Assembly: GCA_021432655.1 (NCBI GenBank)
Contig: MU271400.1
Span: forward strand, 1 to 64,000
Length of the DNA stretch: 64,000 nt
Source of the DNA: Atractiella rhizophila
Taxonomy: Eukaryota
Direction: 5' to 3'
Both the position numbers and the translations under genes were made by a program. The notes below the pieces were generated by a model. It saw only the letters and a list, made by a program, of their open reading frames with translations, made no database searches and was not told the origin of the DNA. The number at the start of each line of letters is the position of its first letter. Position 1 is the stretch's first letter. Positions 1 through 13,302 of the stretch are shown piece by piece.

Positions 1-603
1 GGCATCTCAGCGTGCACAATGCCTTTGCCTGCTGTCATCCACTGGCAAGTTTGTTAGTTACTGGAAGAATAAAGAAAGACAGGTGCAACTCACTTGCAAA
101 TCACCGGGCCCTATCTTCCCACGGTGTCCGGCAAAGTCTTCGTGCTCCACGAATCCTTTGAGCATATAAGTCACTGTGACCTGTCCGCCTTCAACCCATC
201 ATTACTGTGAGCTCTTGTCAAGTGAAGGAGAAAGAAAGCGCACGATGTGGATGGTCTGGAAAGCCGCTTCCAGGGGCGAGCGAGAAATGGTCCAACATTA
301 AAAATGGGGTGAAATTCCTTAATTCGTACCCTCCGATGGAGCGACGGACGAGGGCGTTGGAACCTTCAGATTGAGACTGTTTCATTTTCAGATCAGCAAT
401 TTATTCAAGGTGCTCATCGAAAACGAAGGACGTACACGTGCATGAATGGTTTTGACAACAGTGCGTGAAAGACGAGTGCCAGAAGTCATGTTTGCTATGT
501 GGGTGTGGGATTCTGACGATTGATTGAAGATTTGTTCTGTTGAGCAGTAGAAGAACAGGTAGCTAATGAGTGCCACAAGTGTTGCGAGAAAGAGCTTGAA
601 CAT
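1..603 (-). CDS. Pirin family (bicupin) protein, 5' part; runs off the left edge of the window
   Basis: Spliced minus-strand translation: ...SRTVVKTIHAR / SQSEGSNALVRRSIGGYELRNFTPFLMLDHFSLAPGSGFPDHPHRG / VTYMLKGFVEHEDFAGHRGKIGPGDLQ / WMTAGKGIVHAEMP. Pirin HPHRG and GIxHxE metal-binding motifs are present. Confidence 0.92.
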
Positions 604-1193
604 GCCCTCCCCTCGCAGACCCTGGCTTTTATGTCTTTCTCTCCCAACCTTTCTATGGATCTCGAGAAGAATCTACACCGTCGCGGCATGCAGTGATAAG
701 AGCATTCGAAAGCGAGGCTGACGTTGGTGGTCCCGAGAAACATCACTCGGGGCCGACATAAGCTTGGCGCTTTGGAGGAGGCTTGCGACGGAGCCGAAGC
801 GGTCGGCTTGACCTTTGGCGAATGTTTGGCACTTTCGACTTCAACTCGACCTACCGTGGTCCCAATGAGCAAGTCGGAGAAGAGGTTGGTTGCGGTAGAA
901 AGAGCTGGCTCTAGACTACTAGACTGCCATACAGCTAAGGGGGAGAACGGGTAATGGGGGAGAAATTTCGGTTTCTTCCCGCAATCACCTATCACGCATT
1001 TTCTCCCTAATGATGTCAACAGAATAAGTGATCCGAAATGCCCGAGACACGACGAAGTGGAGGCTAGTTATCTTTATCTTTAATGAATTCTTTCTTTGCT
1101 TCCTTTAGTGGAGGTGGAGGTGTTCTGACTACTTATATAAAGGGCTGAATCCAGTAGTCCGTCCGGTCAATTTTCAAGAATTAAAGCGCGATC

Positions 1194-2905
1194 ATGAGTG
1201 GACAATTGGTATTAGTGACTGGCGCTTCTGGGTACATCGCAGCATGGGTGTGCAAGACTCTGTTGGACAGTGGGTACCGCGTGAGGGGAACGGTGAGGAG
1301 CGAGTCGAAGGGGGAGTACTTGAGGCGGAAGTTGGGAGAAGGATTTGAATATCTCGTGGTTGAGGATCTTGAAAAGGTAAGTTATTTCCTAACAGTACTG
1401 TGAGGCAATACTGGGATGCAAATATGGCGAGAGACGGGATGCAATGAGGATGACCGTCTGTGACAACGAAGAGCAGAGGAGGACTAGATTTCCTTTATTC
1501 CACCAACGCGTTGGGTCGGAAAATGAGTACTGTCATTCCGGCGATAAGACAGTGGAGAGATGAAAGAGATCACTGGCCCTTGGAGTTGACGAGGTGATGA
1601 GGACGCGACGAAGTGCTCTCTTTGTTTTAGAAGAAGGGTGCATGGGGACACTTTGAATCCTTACGCTGGTAACTTTACTGACATCCTGTTTCACCTCCCA
1701 GCCGGATGGCTTCGACGCCGCTTTTGAGGGAAACGATATCACAGCAGTTATGCACACTGCGTCTCCGTTTCACTTCAATGCCAAGGACATCGATGACGAC
1801 CTTATTCAACCTGCCATCAATGGAACAAAAAGCCTGCTTAATTCGGTCAAGAAGGCCAATTCCAATGGATCGAAGGTCAAACGGGTTGTCATTACCAGCT
1901 CGTTCGCAGGTATAAATCTCATCTTTGTTTCAATCACAAGGAATCTTACCAACTGCAATAGCAATCCTGAACCCCCACCCTCCGGTCTACACTTTCACGG
2001 AGGAAGATTGGAACATCGACTCACTAGAGGAATATGAAAAGAATGGTAAGAATACGGATCAGCGAAGTATGTCACCTTTCATCAATTGAAAACGTTGTTC
2101 ATTTAACACTAGCCGCATATCGCGTTTCGAAGACCGTACGTCCATTTTGATAAACGCGGAGGAGACTCTTTGATGATAGTCTTTTTCAGCTGGCAGAGAA
2201 GGCAGCCTGGGATTTTGTGTCCTCCCTTTCCCACGACGATAAAGCCAGCTCAACATTCTTCGATATTGCTACCATCAACCCACCTCTCGTCTTGGGACCA
2301 ACAATCCACGAAGTCCCCTCGCCAGACAAACTCAACACTAGTGTTTTGGGCTGCTGGGAGCTATTCCAAGGCGAGGGCGACCCTGACACCTGCAAGCCAT
2401 ATGGAAACGGCGTAGATGTTCGGTTCGTCTTTAAACATATCTTCTCTCCCGCGCGTTTCTGATTTCTTGCTTAGAGATGTTGCATTGGCACATATTCGCG
2501 CTTTGGAGGTACCGGAAGCTGGAGGCTTACGATTTGCAATCTCAAGCGTCGGTTTAGTTTATCGCATCTTTGGCCCGAAAAAGACTAACAGCTCGGGTGG
2601 TTAGGGACCATTTGTGATGCAAGACTTATTGGATGCGGTTCACAGTCATGATTGGGAAGAGAAGTATGCCAGCAAAGTGTCGAAAGTGCCCAAAGGCACC
2701 CCTGGCGCAGGAATCGAAGTGGGTCTTTGCCCTGTTCCTTTTGTCTGGCCTCACATTCGTCTGTCAGGCAAACAAAAAGCAAAACATCCTGTCTGCTGAA
2801 AGAGCAAGAAAAGTCCTCGGAATCGAACCTATCAAGATGGATAAGACAGCTGTGGATATGGCGAGGAATCTCTTCGATAGACTGGACGAAGAATGGAGCA
2901 AGTGA
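1194..2905 (+). CDS. NAD(P)-dependent epimerase/dehydratase family reductase (GRE2/aldehyde reductase II-like), multi-exon
   Basis: VLVTGASGYIA Rossmann motif, HTASPF, RVVITSSFA, INPPLVLGP, DVRDVALAH. TATAAA at about 1136. Confidence 0.9.
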
Positions 2906-3121
2906 AGACTGAATTTGAAAATAAATCTCAAAATGTGAACTTTAAGAGAAAGTCAATGTAGAGCAGATTTATACACTAAATACAAATGTAATTTTTACTT
3001 TCGATCGCAACCCACCGTAATCACCAGGTTGACAGAGGGTTATCGAACCTTTGTTGCCAGTAACGACTGCCTTTCGCGGATATTATAGGTGCTCACCATA
3101 CAAGCGACGTTCTAGTAGTTG

Positions 3122-4251
3122 TTATAGTTTTGCCATCGCGTCTTCCATTCGCTGAAGTCGCAGCAGCCATTCTATGATCGTGTCGATGAGGATCTTTCCA
3201 GTCCAACATAAAGTACTGTCATTGCTGTGTCGAAAATACCCACGTCAAATTTCCCAACGAAATTATGATCTGCACCTGAAACGGCACAATCAGACTCTCG
3301 ATTTTCGGACAGAGAGAGTATCTGGGTACCTTCAACTGCCTTCAATTCGCTAGTTCCCGTGCCATCTCGGACTGAAAAGATGAGATGATATATCTCCGCA
3401 TCGTTAAACGGTACAATCTCATCCTTCGTCCCGTGTATCGTTAAGACGTGAGTATCTTTTGGGAAGTCAGTGATAGTCCGGCTCGAGGGAAAGGTTGCGA
3501 AATCGATGATATGTTGCTTCGTTCCCTTGAAAACGCGCGGAGATTGTCAGAGAGAAAAAATGAAAGGACGTGAGGACGAACGCGGCCCACTCTGTTACCG
3601 TGCTTCACCTCCACATATCCCACAGTGTCAAATTGGCTCTTCCACGTTTCAATATGTGACAGGAGGCGTGCCATGACATATCGTCCTGAGATGTTTACGA
3701 AGAAAGGTGGGACCAGACTGTTCAGGCGCCTTCTTTTCCAATCACATAGATAAGCATTAGCCGGATTACTCGCTTTCGAATGAGCAATCACTACGCGACA
3801 GAATTCAAGAGTGCAGGATGAAGAAGAAATGCAGGAGGAGCAAACGAATGTCAGGCCGCCATCCCTGTTTTTCCAACCAGGAGAAAACAGCATCAAAGTC
3901 CTCTTCTTCCTTCCAAAGGTCGGCCAAACTAGATTGTCCGGGGCTTTCGCCGGGGCTTTCGCCGTACCCTTGAAAATCGAATCTTATTGAGGCGATTCCA
4001 GCTTCGGAAAGTGCAGATGCCAAAGCGCAATGATACGTTTGGTTCTTGTGCGCCAGGATACCGTGACATATCTGCGTCTTCGTTATTCGATGGACAATGA
4101 AAGGAGAACTAACCAGTGCAATTGGACTGGGCGAGCCTGAGAATGTCGATCCTCCAGAAACGCTCCCTTCTACGGAGCGAATGATGCCCACGAGATACCG
4201 TACCGTAGGATTAGGGTGAGGAATCTTTACTCTTGTTTCTTGGTACGCCAT
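3122..4251 (-). CDS. Alpha/beta-hydrolase, tandem paralog 1; C-terminus ...DAMAKL* (PTS1-like)
   Basis: ICHGILAHK, RFDFQGYGES, nucleophile elbow IAHSKAS, HGTKDEIVP, GADHNF. Last exon ILIDTIIEWLLRLQRMEDAMAKL*. Confidence 0.85.
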
Positions 4252-4505
4252 TGATGTGCAATAGGGTCCCAGAACCGTGATCAGGAAAGGATAAATCCAT
4301 TTATAACGATTTATTACCGCGGGAGTGCGGGAGTGGATGCATAAAGAGCTGAGCTGGGGGAAGTGCTGATATGAATAGGTCGACTGCGGGTGTAGCTAGG
4401 CGTGTAAAACGGCGTTTCTGCAGAGGTTCGTTTTGGTTCGGTTTCGCCACTTCCAATGAGAAGTGTGTACTCGCAATTCTGTAGCAATTCTAACTGAGTG
4501 TAATG

Positions 4506-5615
4506 TTACAACTTCGCCTTCGGAGCGGCTAGCTGTTGTCTCATCCGTAACAACCACTCCATAATGGCGTCTACAACAATCTGCGACGTTATTTTAGTTT
4601 CACCTCCCTTTGCAAATAAAACCTTACATCAAACTTCCCAATGAAATTATGATCCGCACCTGCATCGGAAGCCGTTGCACGTTAGTTCATCCCGTGAGAA
4701 CAGAAGACGCACCATCAATAGCTTTGAATTCACTCGTCCCTTTTCCACCACGCACCGAATATATTAGCTGGTAGATCTCCCCATCGTTAAACGGCACAAG
4801 GGTATCCTTAGTCCCATGAAGAGTCAAGACGTGTGTGTGTCGCGGGAATTCAACAATAGTGCGACTTGTATCGAAAGTTGCGAAGTCGATTAGCTGCTCT
4901 CTCGTTCCCTTAAAAGTTTCGCTTTAGCTTTGTGTACCCTGCAAGAAAAAAGAAGGACGAACTCTGTCCCTACGTTTGCCGTTTTTCACTTCTACATAGC
5001 CTACTGTGTCGAATTGCTCTTTCCAAGTATCCAGACGGACAAGGATGCGAGCCATCACATACCGACCAGACAGATTGACGAAGTAGTTTGGAACGTGACG
5101 ACCTGGATGCCTCTTCTTCATCGTACAAAGGTAACGGTTGGCCGTTATGCTCCCACGAGAATGGGCAATAACTATTACAATCAACGTTTGACCGTGAAAG
5201 GAGGACGCGACAAGGCACGAACCTATGTCTGGCCGCCATCCCCTCTGCTCCAACCACGAAAAGAGCGCATCGAAATCTTCCTCTTCTTTCCAGAAATCCC
5301 CCCAGCTCCATTCCCCAGGACTCTCGCCGTTTGCCTGAAAGTCAATCCGTATAGAAGCAATCCCGGCCTTGGAGAGAGCTGAAGCCAAGGAGCGGTGATA
5401 AGTTTGGTTCTTGTGGGCCTGGACACCGTGACATATCTAACCTTTCATTGTCAAAGAAGGACTGCGAGTTGCAGGTAGCGAACCAGTGCAATAGTCTGAG
5501 GATTCAATGCTGAGCCGCCGTTCAGGTTACCGTTGGGTGAACATATGATGCCGATGAGCTGCTGAACAGTGGGATTTGGATGGGGGATCTCAACTCGCTT
5601 TTCTTGGTATGCCAT
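4506..5615 (-). CDS. Alpha/beta-hydrolase, tandem paralog 2; C-terminus ...APKAKL* (PTS1-like)
   Basis: Exon layout matches paralog 1: MAYQEKRVEIPHPNP, RIDFQANGES, IAHSRGS, HGTKDTLVP, GADHNF. Last exon IVVDAIMEWLLRMRQQLAAPKAKL*. Confidence 0.85.
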
Positions 5616-6516
5616 TGGAGCTACTGCAGTCTCAATATCGTCTTCCACTTTCAAGGACCCGTCCCTTTGCAGCTATTTATTCGAAAGCGGCGATGAGACT
5701 GCCGGATTGGAAAGCGAAAACGCCGGAGGCGGGAAATGTACTCAACTAGGTATATGTTAGTTGTTCGTAATATTATGTCGCAGCATGAAGGACAGTACAA
5801 TCTAGTAGCTAGTAGGTAACTTCCCCAGTCTGTGTAGCTCGAACGATTCCGCATGGTCTTGCAGAAAAATCTGATCACGTGTTCGAAAGAAACAACCATC
5901 TTTCATTTCATACGGAATTAGGTGAAGAGTAGGCGGGCAGTTGGACAGGTAGACATGTACCCCTGTAGTATAGACGTAAAGGTGAGTATTGAATGTTAGT
6001 TGTTCGAGCGAACGCCAACTTCTCCCCATTGGAAAGATTGTGGCACAAAATCTGCCAGTGCTCTCAATCAAGGAGCTTGAAACCCATCTAAGTCATGTAA
6101 CACCTTGACTTGAGGTACACATTTTGGAAACATGAAGGTGATAGGCTATCAATGGTTTGTTAGCCTTTCCAAGAATTCGAAAGTGTAACTCTGCATAGTA
6201 CAACAGTTGACAATCAAGCTTCTTTCGGAAAATTTATAGATTCCCCTCTTACCGCTTGAATTCTGCAAACAATTTTGAGGTAATATAAAGATCAATTGTG
6301 TCTCCTCCGAGGGACAAGGGCAGAGGGGTGCCTCCGATCCCGACCGCTCTCTGCTCTGCACTTCTCGCCTCTCGGTTATGTTGCGGAGTAGTGCGGCGTT
6401 CTACCACGCGTCGCTCATATTTAAAGCTTTCAACTGCCTCGTTGGTTTCCCTACTGCACTTCAGCTAGCTAATTGTTAAGAAGACAAAGTCTAGAAACAG
6501 CTGCAATACTTGAACC

Positions 6517-8049
6517 ATGCTCCTCCCTCTCTATCCTCCTCCATCTTCGCCACTCCCTCCTCCTCTGCCACTTCGCACCTCGTCTACCATCGCCTCCGTC
6601 GGCTGGTGCACATCCACGCATATCTTTCCAGCTGCCTATCCACGAACGCGGCTCGGCGCAGTCACGAATCCATCAGAACGAGGGAAAAAACTCTTTACCT
6701 GGAAAGATGCAAGTGGGGCAAGGGAACAGATGGAGTCGTTGAAGAGGCACCTGAGAAGTACGACGGAACGGACAGTTGACAGCTTCGCTGTTGAATCTGC
6801 CAAAGAAGAGGGATTGTGGATTGCAGTTAATCGATATGCTCCATTACATGTTATGGAAGCGGAAGCAAATCAGGGTATCACCATTATTCTCTGTCACGCC
6901 AATGGGCTTCATAAGGAGGTATGCTACGCTTCTCTCTTCAACATGCAGATATTTAATCGATGGAGGAAGACATGGGAGCCTTTCATTTACCACCTAGTTC
7001 AAGGACATCCGAACTTGAGGATTTCTGAAATCTGGGCCTTGGATGTTGTTCAACAAGGCGATTCAGCCATATTGAACGAAGGAAAGATAGGCGATGTCCG
7101 TAAGTCGGTGAACTGCGAGTGACTTTGACTAATACTGTACGTGACTGTGGCAGATGATTCCTTGGATTATGGACGAGACGTGCTGCACTTCATCCTCCGC
7201 TACCTTCCCCATCAGCCATCAGCCCCTTCTTCACATCCTTACGTCCTTGATCCGACACGATTGGATGTCATTGATCTTTCCCCTCCTATACGGCAGCCAG
7301 GACGGTGTATCGTCGGCGCTGGCCAAAGCATCGGGGGTCTCTTTCTCTCCCAAGCACAGAAATGTCAAAACTAAAATCCACTTTTCAATTCAGGTGCCGC
7401 ACATTCCATTGCCATCTCCTGCATCCCTCACCTTTACACCCACCTCTCCCTCTTTGACCCCTCCATCTCTCCACGATCTCGACCCAACTCTGCGGGAAGC
7501 GAGCGATACAACGATTTGCTCATATACGGCACGCTGAAGCAGAAGGATCGATGGAAGAGTCTAGAGGATGCAAGAAAGGAGGTGGAGGGGAGGGGAATCT
7601 GGAAAGGCTGGGATGGGGAGGTCATGAAACTTTTTTGGGAGACCAATTTGGTGCATGACGGCGATGGGGTGAGGGTCAAGACGCACAGGGAGGCACAAGC
7701 AGTTGGTCCCTCCCCTTTCTCTCGAATGCTCACGATATTGTAAGCCTAAATGTATGCTGGATAGATCGGCGTAGCCAACGTCCACTCCCGCGTCTGGCAA
7801 ATCTTCGACATGCTCTCCACGGCGCCAGGGCAGAAGATCCATTTGCACTTCCCCCTTCCATCTCCGTCAGTGGTGCATAGCGAAGCGGATGTTGCTGCCT
7901 TCCTTGAACGACTGGAAGGAGCGACTGTGTGGCGGTGTGCAGATGGCGTCGGCCATTTGAGCATACAAATGGATCCTTACGGCATGGCCCATAACTTTGC
8001 TGCTGCATTGTCTGAAGGGAAAAGAGTCGGAAAAAAGACAAAGTTGTGA
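6517..8049 (+). CDS. Alpha/beta-hydrolase (Lpx1-like peroxisomal lipase/esterase); C-terminus ...KKTKL*
   Basis: LCHANGLHKE-TWEP, IWALDVVQQGDSAILN, GxSxG motif GQSIG, GVGHL. Confidence 0.82.
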
Positions 8050-8829
8050 GGAGTACATAGGTCGTGGACATCCATTTCATCCGTTATGGAACCATGTCCC
8101 CTTGCACTAGACATCGCGATTCTCAACGGTTCCTCCTTTTCCCAGCATTCAGATGTCAGAATCTTCAAACTAATACTCACCTTACCACCCGCGTCCCTTA
8201 GAGCACTGAAGGAGTCTCTAGTCGTCTTGTGTTCACTATCCGAGTCTCATTCGATACACAATGTGTTAACACATCATAACTGATCCAAGGCGTACGCATT
8301 GGAGTGACCAAATGACGCGGAGGCGACATCACATCTCCAGTTTGTGTATGTTGTGTATGTGGACCACCGTGTCACTTGGGCGATGCGATGAACTCATGAA
8401 ACAGTGCGAGTTCGATGTAAGACTCCACTGACTCAACAGATTACGTCGGATAAGCGAAGGGTTACACCCATCTCCACAGAGTTCTACCCCACCGTTCACT
8501 GATCCCTTCAGAGTGCAGTGATAAATTGCATCGGCTGTGAGAGGCGAGGTAAGTCAATCCTAGTACAGCAGCTGGGACAAGCGTTGATTCTGAGACGATC
8601 ACCCCTTACATGGCCTTACAGGTCATCTTCCGATTCTGTCTCTTTCAAAGACGGCGGCGTTTACTGTACTCAATGTAGCTGGCCAGGAGGACCGCATATG
8701 CTTAAATAGCAAGTACATATCGAAAGTTGAATAGCTCATCTTCGAGGTTGGGACCTATGATGCATAATAGAACAGTTGCACATCGAGTTATTACAATTAC
8801 GGCTTGCTAAAGTATCTATTGCGAAACAT

Positions 8830-11471
8830 CTATTTCTTCTCCTCTTCCACTGGCTTTTTCTCCTCAATCCCCCACTCGCCATCTGTCTCCTCATGCAACT
8901 TGAAAACTCCAAAGAAACACGCCAAAATACCTGCAAAGATGCAAATTCCAAGGCCAGTGTACCAAAGTATACGCAGAGAATCGACGAAGGCTTTCTCTAC
9001 CTCTCCCTTCAGCGGCTCATCTAGCGTCCGGATGACGGGAATGGAGGCATAGGCAATCTCTGCGCCTTGTGGGAATCGGGCAACAAAGGCATCCGGCAAT
9101 CGACCCTTCAGTTCATTTTGGAGGACTGGACGTGAGGGAAGAATAAGAGTCAGCTAATTCATAGAGGAAGAAGCAACGCACTTGTCGCTCCGACGGTGAT
9201 ACCCCATACTTGTCCAAAGGCACGCGAAAAGGCGTGGGAGGCCATAGCCCTTGCATGTAGCCGAGGTTCAAGGGGAGCGACGACGGGGAACACGGTGAGA
9301 GGGAAGAGCGCTTAATAACCAACAACCCCATCAAAAGATAGAAAGCATCCATCAAAATCTTTCAAGGAAATCGAGAGAGATACTCACGCGCGATGCCGAT
9401 GCTGAGCACAATGAGAATGACTACGTAGACTCCTGTTGAGGTATCTACTTTGTATAGCGCTAATAAGCCGGTTCCGAGGGCCATGAAAAACCAGGCTCCG
9501 ATGTTAAGCGTTTTGTATGACTTGGTAACAGCTACGGCAATGCCTCCTACTACAGCCAATGGGCCTGTCGACAGTTACTTGTCAACTCTCTGGGATTTAG
9601 AGAGGAAAGAAAAACCGGCGCACCTGTGGTTAGGGAGAGTGGAAAGAAATCCACCCCAGAGCGAGTGGCTGAGTGTCCTTTGACGGCTTGGAAGTAAACC
9701 GCTGGATGTTCCATGCAGTCAGTACTAATGATTGAAGGCGGTGACGTTTGACAGAAAGAGAGCAACTTACGTCCGTAGTATGTCACGAAGAGTGTCGCCA
9801 GGCCATGAAGGAAAGTATTCACGTAACCGATGAGGGAAGTGCGGTTGGCGAGCTCTTTGACCTAACCGGATGCAGATGGTCAATTCTCGTGGCATGTAGA
9901 AGAGAGAAAGGTTCTCTTACCGGCATAGTAGGTTCAGTAACAACGAATCGCTCCAAAAACACGTAGACAACCATCCCGACGAGACCCAAAATCAAGGGAA
10001 CAAGAATACGCCAGCTGTCCCAGGGGTATTTGACACCTGCCCAGGCGAGAGCGATCATGGCTGACCTAGACAGGGAACGGAACAGGAACAGAAAATGGAT
10101 CAATCCACGTGACCTGAAATGAAATTGAAGAAGCGGAACATACGTGGCAGAAGCGACGAAGAGGACATTTGCGCTAAAATCAATCTTCTTTAACTTTTCT
10201 CGTATAGTTCCTGCAGGAGTTCGTAGCTTGAGGAAGAAGAAAACGGCTGGGAAGGCGAGCCCAAGAATTGGGAGGTTCACTGATTATCCCCACTCGTGAG
10301 ACAAGTTGGTGCACCGGAGGGGTAGAAACGAACTATAAAAAAGCCACCGCCCTGGATCAGATTGATTAGAACGTCCAAACCAATGAAGACTGTGAAGTAC
10401 AACGCACAATTTGAATCGGCGAAAACTCCTCCAAGCACTTGAGGGAAGCGTCAGATGGAGATCCCTTTGGTGGCGTTGGGCTTACAGGGACCGATGGCGG
10501 CTGAAACTGCCCATACAGCTCCTAGGAGACCCATGTACTATCCTTCCATGAGAAAAACGATGGCACTGTCAGGGAGAAGTTCTTACCTTGCCTCTTTGTG
10601 CCAAAGGAACAATGTCACCTGTGCACCATGTCAACCAAGTTGTCCTGAATAATGGACGAGGACTGACATGCGATTTGTTCCGTCAGAGATAGAATTCCTC
10701 CTCCACCTACACCTGAAAGAGAGGAATGAGAATCTAACATGGTATTACAATAAACGACGAACCTTGTACTGCCCTTCCCGCAATCAACATGTTCATACTA
10801 GTGGCTGCACCACATATCACCTAATAATTTCTGCTTGGAATAATGCAGGGACGAAGGTAACAAATACGCACACTACCGACGCCGAAGAACAGCAAACTCG
10901 CCTAAATCCAACAATGAGCCCTAATGACCGGACTGAGAAGAATGAGACACTTGCGATCATGATTGGACGTCGGCCAAAAACATGACTAAGTCCTCCTGAC
11001 CAAGGTAGCCAAGCTGTACTTGTAAGCTTGAGAACGGATCATGTAAGCACGAGCAACAGAGATTTGATATGGGGGAACGTACAGCATAGGCAGAACCAAC
11101 CCAGACGTAATCGTCTCCTCCAATGTCCTCTGCTATGGTCGGCAAGGCGGTAGAGACGCTGGTGAAGTCGAGAGCGGAAAGGAAAGTAGCCAAACACAGA
11201 GCCAAAACGATCAACCAGAACTGGGAGGAGGATCAATAACGTCAACTGGGGTGAGAGTTCGACGCACTTGACGCGTTGGCTTCCACTGCTTGGCCGCTTC
11301 TCCTGTCAACGCACCACCTTCAAGTTCAAGACCAGAAGGCTCTTCTGTCTCCGCCTTGGGATCACGATCATGTTCCCGACCACGATGAGAGGCAGCATCG
11401 AGTTTGGTCGACTCCTCGCTGCTCCGTACGCGGTCCTCCTCAAGCTTCTGCTTCTTCTCAATATCTGTCAT
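8830..11471 (-). CDS. MFS transporter, DHA2/14-TM drug:H+ antiporter-like, many introns
   Basis: LCLATFLSALDFTSVSTALPTIA, YVWVGSAY, GRRPIM, NLPILG, AWAGVKYPWDSWRIL, C-terminal KLHEETDGEWG. Confidence 0.9.
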
Positions 11472-12141
11472 GCTGTATCCCTTTGAGAGTCTCTGAGAAG
11501 AGCAGAACTCCAGTCCGCCGTCAAGTTCCTTATAACTGGTAACTGGACGCTCCTTCGCGAGCGCGAATGTCGGGCATGGGCAACATTCCTCTCCCCGAAG
11601 TACGACCGATGGCGCACCCGGTGGGTAAACCGCAGGAAGTGCTGGCAAGCCAAAGGCGTCTAGGTTATTCCAAAGAATTGAGAAACATGGGCAAAAGAAG
11701 ATATTGGAGTTTGACTAGAGCGGAGAAGCGCAAGCCGAGAGCTTGCGCGCCATCTCTTCCACCCATGTTTTCCTCTGCCGTGAAGTTCCTCCCCGCTCCG
11801 CCTCTTCCCTACCTGTTCGCTTATGTTCGGCTTATAAAATCTGAGAGCCACTTTCTGGACCAACGTCCAAGAGTATCCAGCCTAGATCATCATGGTTTAT
11901 GTGCCTGAGTCCTTTCTCTTGTAGCACACTATGATCTCCTTCAGGTTTCTATCACTCTGACAATGATGATGTCATGGCAGGAGTGATATTATTGATGAGC
12001 CACAGGCATTGCCTACTGCTCCGCCCTGAGACTGCAAGTCTCAAACCATCTCAGAGATCCTACACAAGCAGCTGCAGGCAGAAACACTGCACACTGCGTT
12101 AACCCAAAGGTACTCTAAAGATTAAGATTGGTCAAACATGT

Positions 12142-12153
12142 AGTCACGTGACT
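12142..12153. promoter_or_regulatory. 12-bp palindrome AGTCACGTGACT (E-box/Cbf1-type bHLH site) in the divergent MFS/PEBP intergenic region
   Basis: Perfect palindrome about 45 bp upstream of a TATAAA that precedes PEBP. Function is inferred only. Confidence 0.35.
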
Positions 12154-12307
12154 TCGACGACTTTGTCAAGTGACATCAGTGGTTAGAGGTTATGATATAA
12201 AGCAACACTAGACCTACGTTCCCTCTACCACACTCTGGAACACTCTGGCCACCACGATTGCACAACAACAAAACAATAAAAACATCGAAATCTAAACCTC
12301 AGACACA

Positions 12308-13129
12308 ATGTTGCCCTCTGAATATCCACGAACGATTTCAAACCTCCAAAAGATCGCAGACGAGATTCTGCCAGGCATCAAGTTCTCAGCTGAGTCTGCG
12401 CCCGCCCTTCGGGTGGTCTTCGACGAGACAACACATCTCGAAACTGCGAAAGCAGCAATTTCGCGCCAGGCGACTTTGAACAAACCGGTCATCTTTTGTG
12501 ACTTAGTTCGCACTGTCCCTCCTCTCAAACACTCTGAGATTGAAATTGGTACAGGGTCGAGAAAACAAGGATCAAAAATTCACCATCATGATGATTGATC
12601 CTGTATGCTGTCTAAACGGAGCGAGCTCATTCTAATCTAGAGACAGGATCTCTTCATGAAGAACGATCCTATTTCAGGCCAAGTCCGGCACTGGCTCCAA
12701 GGAGGCTTGACGTACACCTCCTACTCTGATCCTCTCATTACAATCTCTCCTCCAGTCACGGCTTACATGCCCTGTGCGCCAGCTCCTGGCACTGGAACGA
12801 ATTGGGTTGGGTTCGTTATTTCCCTCCTCCACCCTGGCCGTACTCAATTAGTGATGTTTCAAAACAGAACCCATCGCTACGTCTTTATCCTTGCTAAGGA
12901 AGATCCAGCCCATCCGCCTTCGCGTGAGGATTTTGAGGCTGCAGATAGGAAGGACGGTGAAGAAGACTTGAAGGACCGTATGAGGTTCAATGCGGAGGAA
13001 TATATTAAAAAGAAACAGATGAAAGTCGTCGCGCTCAATGTGATGGAGGTTACGGCAAATGCTGCTTCCACAGCTGAGAATTTGAAGCTTGGAGCCGAAG
13101 CTGTTGTCAACAAGGTAATGGGAAAATAA
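12308..13129 (+). CDS. Phosphatidylethanolamine-binding protein (PEBP/RKIP family)
   Basis: FTIMMIDP-DL, VRHWLQ, YMPCAPAPGTG, THRYVFIL, RMRFN. Confidence 0.85.
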
Positions 13130-13302
13130 GCTGGATATAGCTCGTTCCATTTCGCTATAAAATGATGTACAATAACCTTTTTGTCCATATTCCGTTGCGT
13201 TTCTTGCTTAATCCTTCATGTAAAATCGAATAATTATACAGACAGCATAAACGAAGAGACTTCTAATCTAAAAACTGACCTTCATACAAAGAGAAGACGG
13301 AC

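Noticed and set aside
1..13129. Secondary-metabolite biosynthetic gene cluster
   Set aside because: No PKS, NRPS or terpene synthase backbone gene within the window.
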